Shown here: positions 61,230 through 64,000 of the stretch, one piece after another | Numbering within the stretch: position 1 is the stretch's first letter | Layout: each line of letters begins with the position of its first letter | From: Ranitomeya imitator | Taxonomy: Eukaryota | Reading direction: 5' to 3' | Length of the DNA: 64,000 nt | Assembly (NCBI RefSeq): GCF_032444005.1 | Contig: NC_091284.1 | Span: forward strand, 542,872,001 to 542,936,000 | Translations under genes and position numbers: made by a program | Notes under the pieces: generated by a model | Databases searched by the model: none | What the model saw: the letters and a program-made list of their open reading frames with translations, nothing else | What the model was told of the DNA's origin: nothing

Positions 61230-63481
61230 CTTGTTCTCGTGTACATCCGGGCCGTTTCTTAACGTGTGTTCTGTCCGCTAGGATACGGAGGCAGCCACAC
61301 TCCTTCCCCGAATTCCCCCCACCCTCTTCCATCCCTCCCTTCTTCTTGTCCTTCTTCCTTTCCCCTTTTCTGACTTTCTATGTTTGTCTTCCCCATATCC
61401 AGTTTGATTATATATATATAGTATTTTAAATGAATACAAAAGAACATATCAACGGTTACCAGCTATCCCGGATGTTTTCTATTATTATTATCTCATATTC
61501 TCGGGTCAGCCAATAGCATTATTAACCAGACAGTTAAAGTATAAGATTTAATTGTTACAACAATGCTCTTCTTGTTCGACTTGTAATTACCGCCTACCAT
61601 TGCACAGATTTACCAGTTTGTAATGTTTACCTTTAATCTTTATTGCTGTGACCAATAAAATGATTTATACTAAAAATTCAAAGTTGGAAAATTGCGAAAT
61701 TTTCAAAATTTTCGCCAAATTTCCGTTTTTTTCACAAATAAACGCAGGTAATATCAAAGAAATTTTACCACAATCATGAAGTACAATATGTCACGAGAAA
61801 ACAATGTCAGAATCACCAGAATCCGTTGAAGCGTTCCAGAGTTATAACCTCATAAAAGGACAGTGGTCAGAATTGTAAAAATTGGCCCGGTCCATAACGT
61901 GCAAACCACCCTTGGGGGTCTGGGACATTACTCCTGACTATTTTTAGTACCCAAGCCTTCGGGCGAGTCTCGCATCATCATAAATTTGAAAGATCTCAAC
62001 CAGCATGTGAAATACCGCAGGTTCAAAATGGAATCGATAAAATCCGCCATTCCTCTGATAAGTCCTCACTCCTTCATGTCAACCATCGACTTAAAGGACG
62101 CATACTTTCATATCCCAATTCACCCAAGACGCCAAAAGTATCTCAGGTTTGCAGTACAGAAAGATCACCTGATAGAACATTATCAGTTCAACGTCCATCC
62201 GTTTGGAATCTCCTCTGCACCTAGAGTTTTCTCCAAGATAATGTCGGAAGTAGTTTCCTTTATCCGGAACCAAGGCATCTGTATAGTGCCTTACCTGGAA
62301 GACCTGCTTGTAGTGGCCTCCACCAAGATGATGCTGGAATCTCATGTATCAAAGACTCTCAATATTCTAACATTCCTGGGGTGGTCCCGAATCTGAAGAA
62401 ATCCCAGCTACAGCCCTCCAAATCCAGGAAGTTCCTGGGAGAGCTCTTGGACTCAGCAAAACAAATGTATTTTCTTAGAGAGGACCACCGTCTAACCTTA
62501 GTAACAAAGGTCAAGACGTTCAGAGACACAAGATCTCCTACATTCAGGGAGTGCATTTCACTTCTGGGTTCCATGACGGCCTGCATCCAATCAGTACCCT
62601 GGGCTGAGGCCCATTCCATGATCCTTCAGGCTCATATTCTACAGAACTGGAACGGCCATCCCAGCTTTTTAAACAAAAGGCTACACACACCGGGTCGATT
62701 CAGAGCCTCCCTAGCATGGTGGATAAACTTAAGGAATCTTCACAAAGGTCTCAGCTGGACTCAAGTCCCACTGACTACAATAACAGCAGATGCCAGCAAA
62801 AGAGGCTGGGGAGCGATGGTAAACAACATCCCTTTTCAAGGGCTTTGGGACCAGGCAACGAGCATGACGTCGTCCAACTACAGAGAACCAAAAGCTGTAG
62901 AGGAGGCCCTTCTAGCAGCAGGACAACATATCATGGGATAACATGTTTGAATTTATTCGGACAATATGACTGCAGTTGCTCATGGCAGACATCAGGGCAG
63001 TACAAAGTTCAACAATTTAAAAAATGTCTCCACCCGAATAAGCTCCTGGGCAGAGAAATACCTACTGTCTCTGATGGCAATTCATTTGAAAGGCTCTTCC
63101 AACACCCAGGCAGACTATCTGAGTCGCCAGGATATACAGCCAGGAGAATGGAGCCTGAACAGTCGAAGCTTCAGGATGCTTTTAGACAGGTGGGGTCTGC
63201 CTGAAATCGACCTCTTCGCTTCTCCTCAAAACACCCAGGTCGAAGCCTTCTTCTCCCTAAATCCCAGGGACGGCTCCAGGGGAGTAGACGCTCTAGCTCA
63301 GAAGTGGAATTTTCATCTGTCCTATGCGTTTCCACCAATTCTGATTTTGGCGAAGGTCTTACGGAAGATCCGAGAATAACAAATTCCAACTATATTAATA
63401 ACCCTGTTATGGCCAAAAAGGAGTTGGTACAACCTGATCATCGATCTACAGGTAGACGGGCCGATCCAATTACCAGCAGAG

Positions 63482-64000
63482 AACACCCTGAAACAGCTGT
63501 CTGTGGATGGATACCATGCTTAGCATAGGTGGCTTTCCTTCATAGGATGCTGCCCTTCCCGTGGTTGTTCCTTCCCGGGGAAAGGCCTGGCTATTCACTG
63601 CTTGCGTCGAGAAACACGTGATGGTGTCTCCGCAGCTTCTTTACATGCATCTGCATATTTCCCATAAGGGATGGGGGCAGTGTTCTGGAATCACTGCGTT
63701 GAGAAACACGTGATGGTGTCTCCGCAGTGTTGGATGTTTTGGTCTCCCCGAGGCCAATCATCTGTGCCTTTATAGCCTTTTACTAGGCACTGCTCCTAAT
63801 AGCCAGATTCCTACTCCACACTGATGAGGGGCAAACACCCTGAAACAGCTGTCTGTGGATGGATACCATGCTTGGCATAGGTGGCTTTCCTTCATAGGAT
63901 GCTGCCCTTCCCGTGGTTGTTCCTTCCCGGGGAAAGGCCTGGCTATTCACTGCTTGCGTCGAGAAACACGTGATGGTGTCTCCGCATCTTCTTTACATGC
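63482..64000 (+). repeat. 352-bp hammerhead-containing tandem repeat (retrozyme-like), running off the right edge
   Basis: 63482-63648 recurs at 63834-64000 with two mismatches seen; it interrupts the DIRS reading frame at 63481. Confidence 0.9.
63815..63859 (+). ncRNA. Minimal type-I hammerhead ribozyme with intact catalytic core
   Basis: TCCACA-CTGATGA-GGGG caaaca CCCT-GAAA-CAGCTG-TC-TGTGGA: 6-bp stem I, palindromic stem III ACAGCTGT, predicted cleavage after C63853. Confidence 0.9.

Larger units (their letters stand above)
54407..61670 (+). mobile_element. Full-length L1 retrotransposon (~7.26 kb)
   Basis: 17-18-bp TSD (T)AAAAATTCAAAGTTGGA (54389-54406, 61671-61688) at a T/AAAA endonuclease site; GC-rich 5' UTR, ORF1, spacer, ORF2, 3' UTR, and AATAAA at 61654-61659. 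Confidence 0.97.
42497..61920 (+). mobile_element. Non-autonomous piggyBac-like element (~4.2 kb of own sequence) hosting a Gypsy and an L1
   Basis: TTAA|CCCCTTTCTG at 42493-42506; subterminal inverted GGACGTAATATTCCGTCC / GGACGGAATATTACGTCC is restored when the Gypsy is removed. No transposase; the right terminus is missing. Confidence 0.72.
37986..63481 (+). mobile_element. Degenerate DIRS1-like retrotransposon (outer shell of nest 2). Own sequence is ~37986-38193, 40603-42496 and 61917-63481; tyrosine recombinase not reached in the window
   Basis: ORF1 remnant WDVPKVD...LKDPMDRKIE. The pol start GGRLSKFLPQW..W is interrupted at 42496 and resumes GHYS*LFLVPK, DLKDAYFHIPI, YLEDLL, TADASKRGWG, SDNMTAV, DLFAS, YAFPP. 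Multiple stops and frameshifts. The 5' start is by resemblance only. Confidence 0.85.

Overview
This is eukaryotic (vertebrate) genomic DNA, most likely from a frog; that assignment is inferred from the repeat families and is not verifiable here. Two intron-containing nuclear genes for mitoribosome-related proteins sit head-to-head with only 172 bp between start codons: GTPBP6 (minus strand, exons 1-2 in window) and a complete three-exon MRPL43 (plus strand, 155 aa). Most of the window from 12.7 kb onward is two deep transposon nests. Nest 1: Helitron > 5'-truncated L1 > (Helitron > hAT fragment + Penelope; Gmr1-type Gypsy). Nest 2: DIRS > (solo LTR > Penelope; piggyBac-like element > young Gypsy + full-length L1; hammerhead tandem repeat). 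A near-identical 9.1-kb tandem duplication joins the two nests. Three different minimal type-I hammerhead ribozyme motifs occur. The best has an intact core and lies in a 352-bp tandem repeat at the right edge, resembling a non-LTR retrozyme. All coordinates were counted by hand, and no database searches were run.
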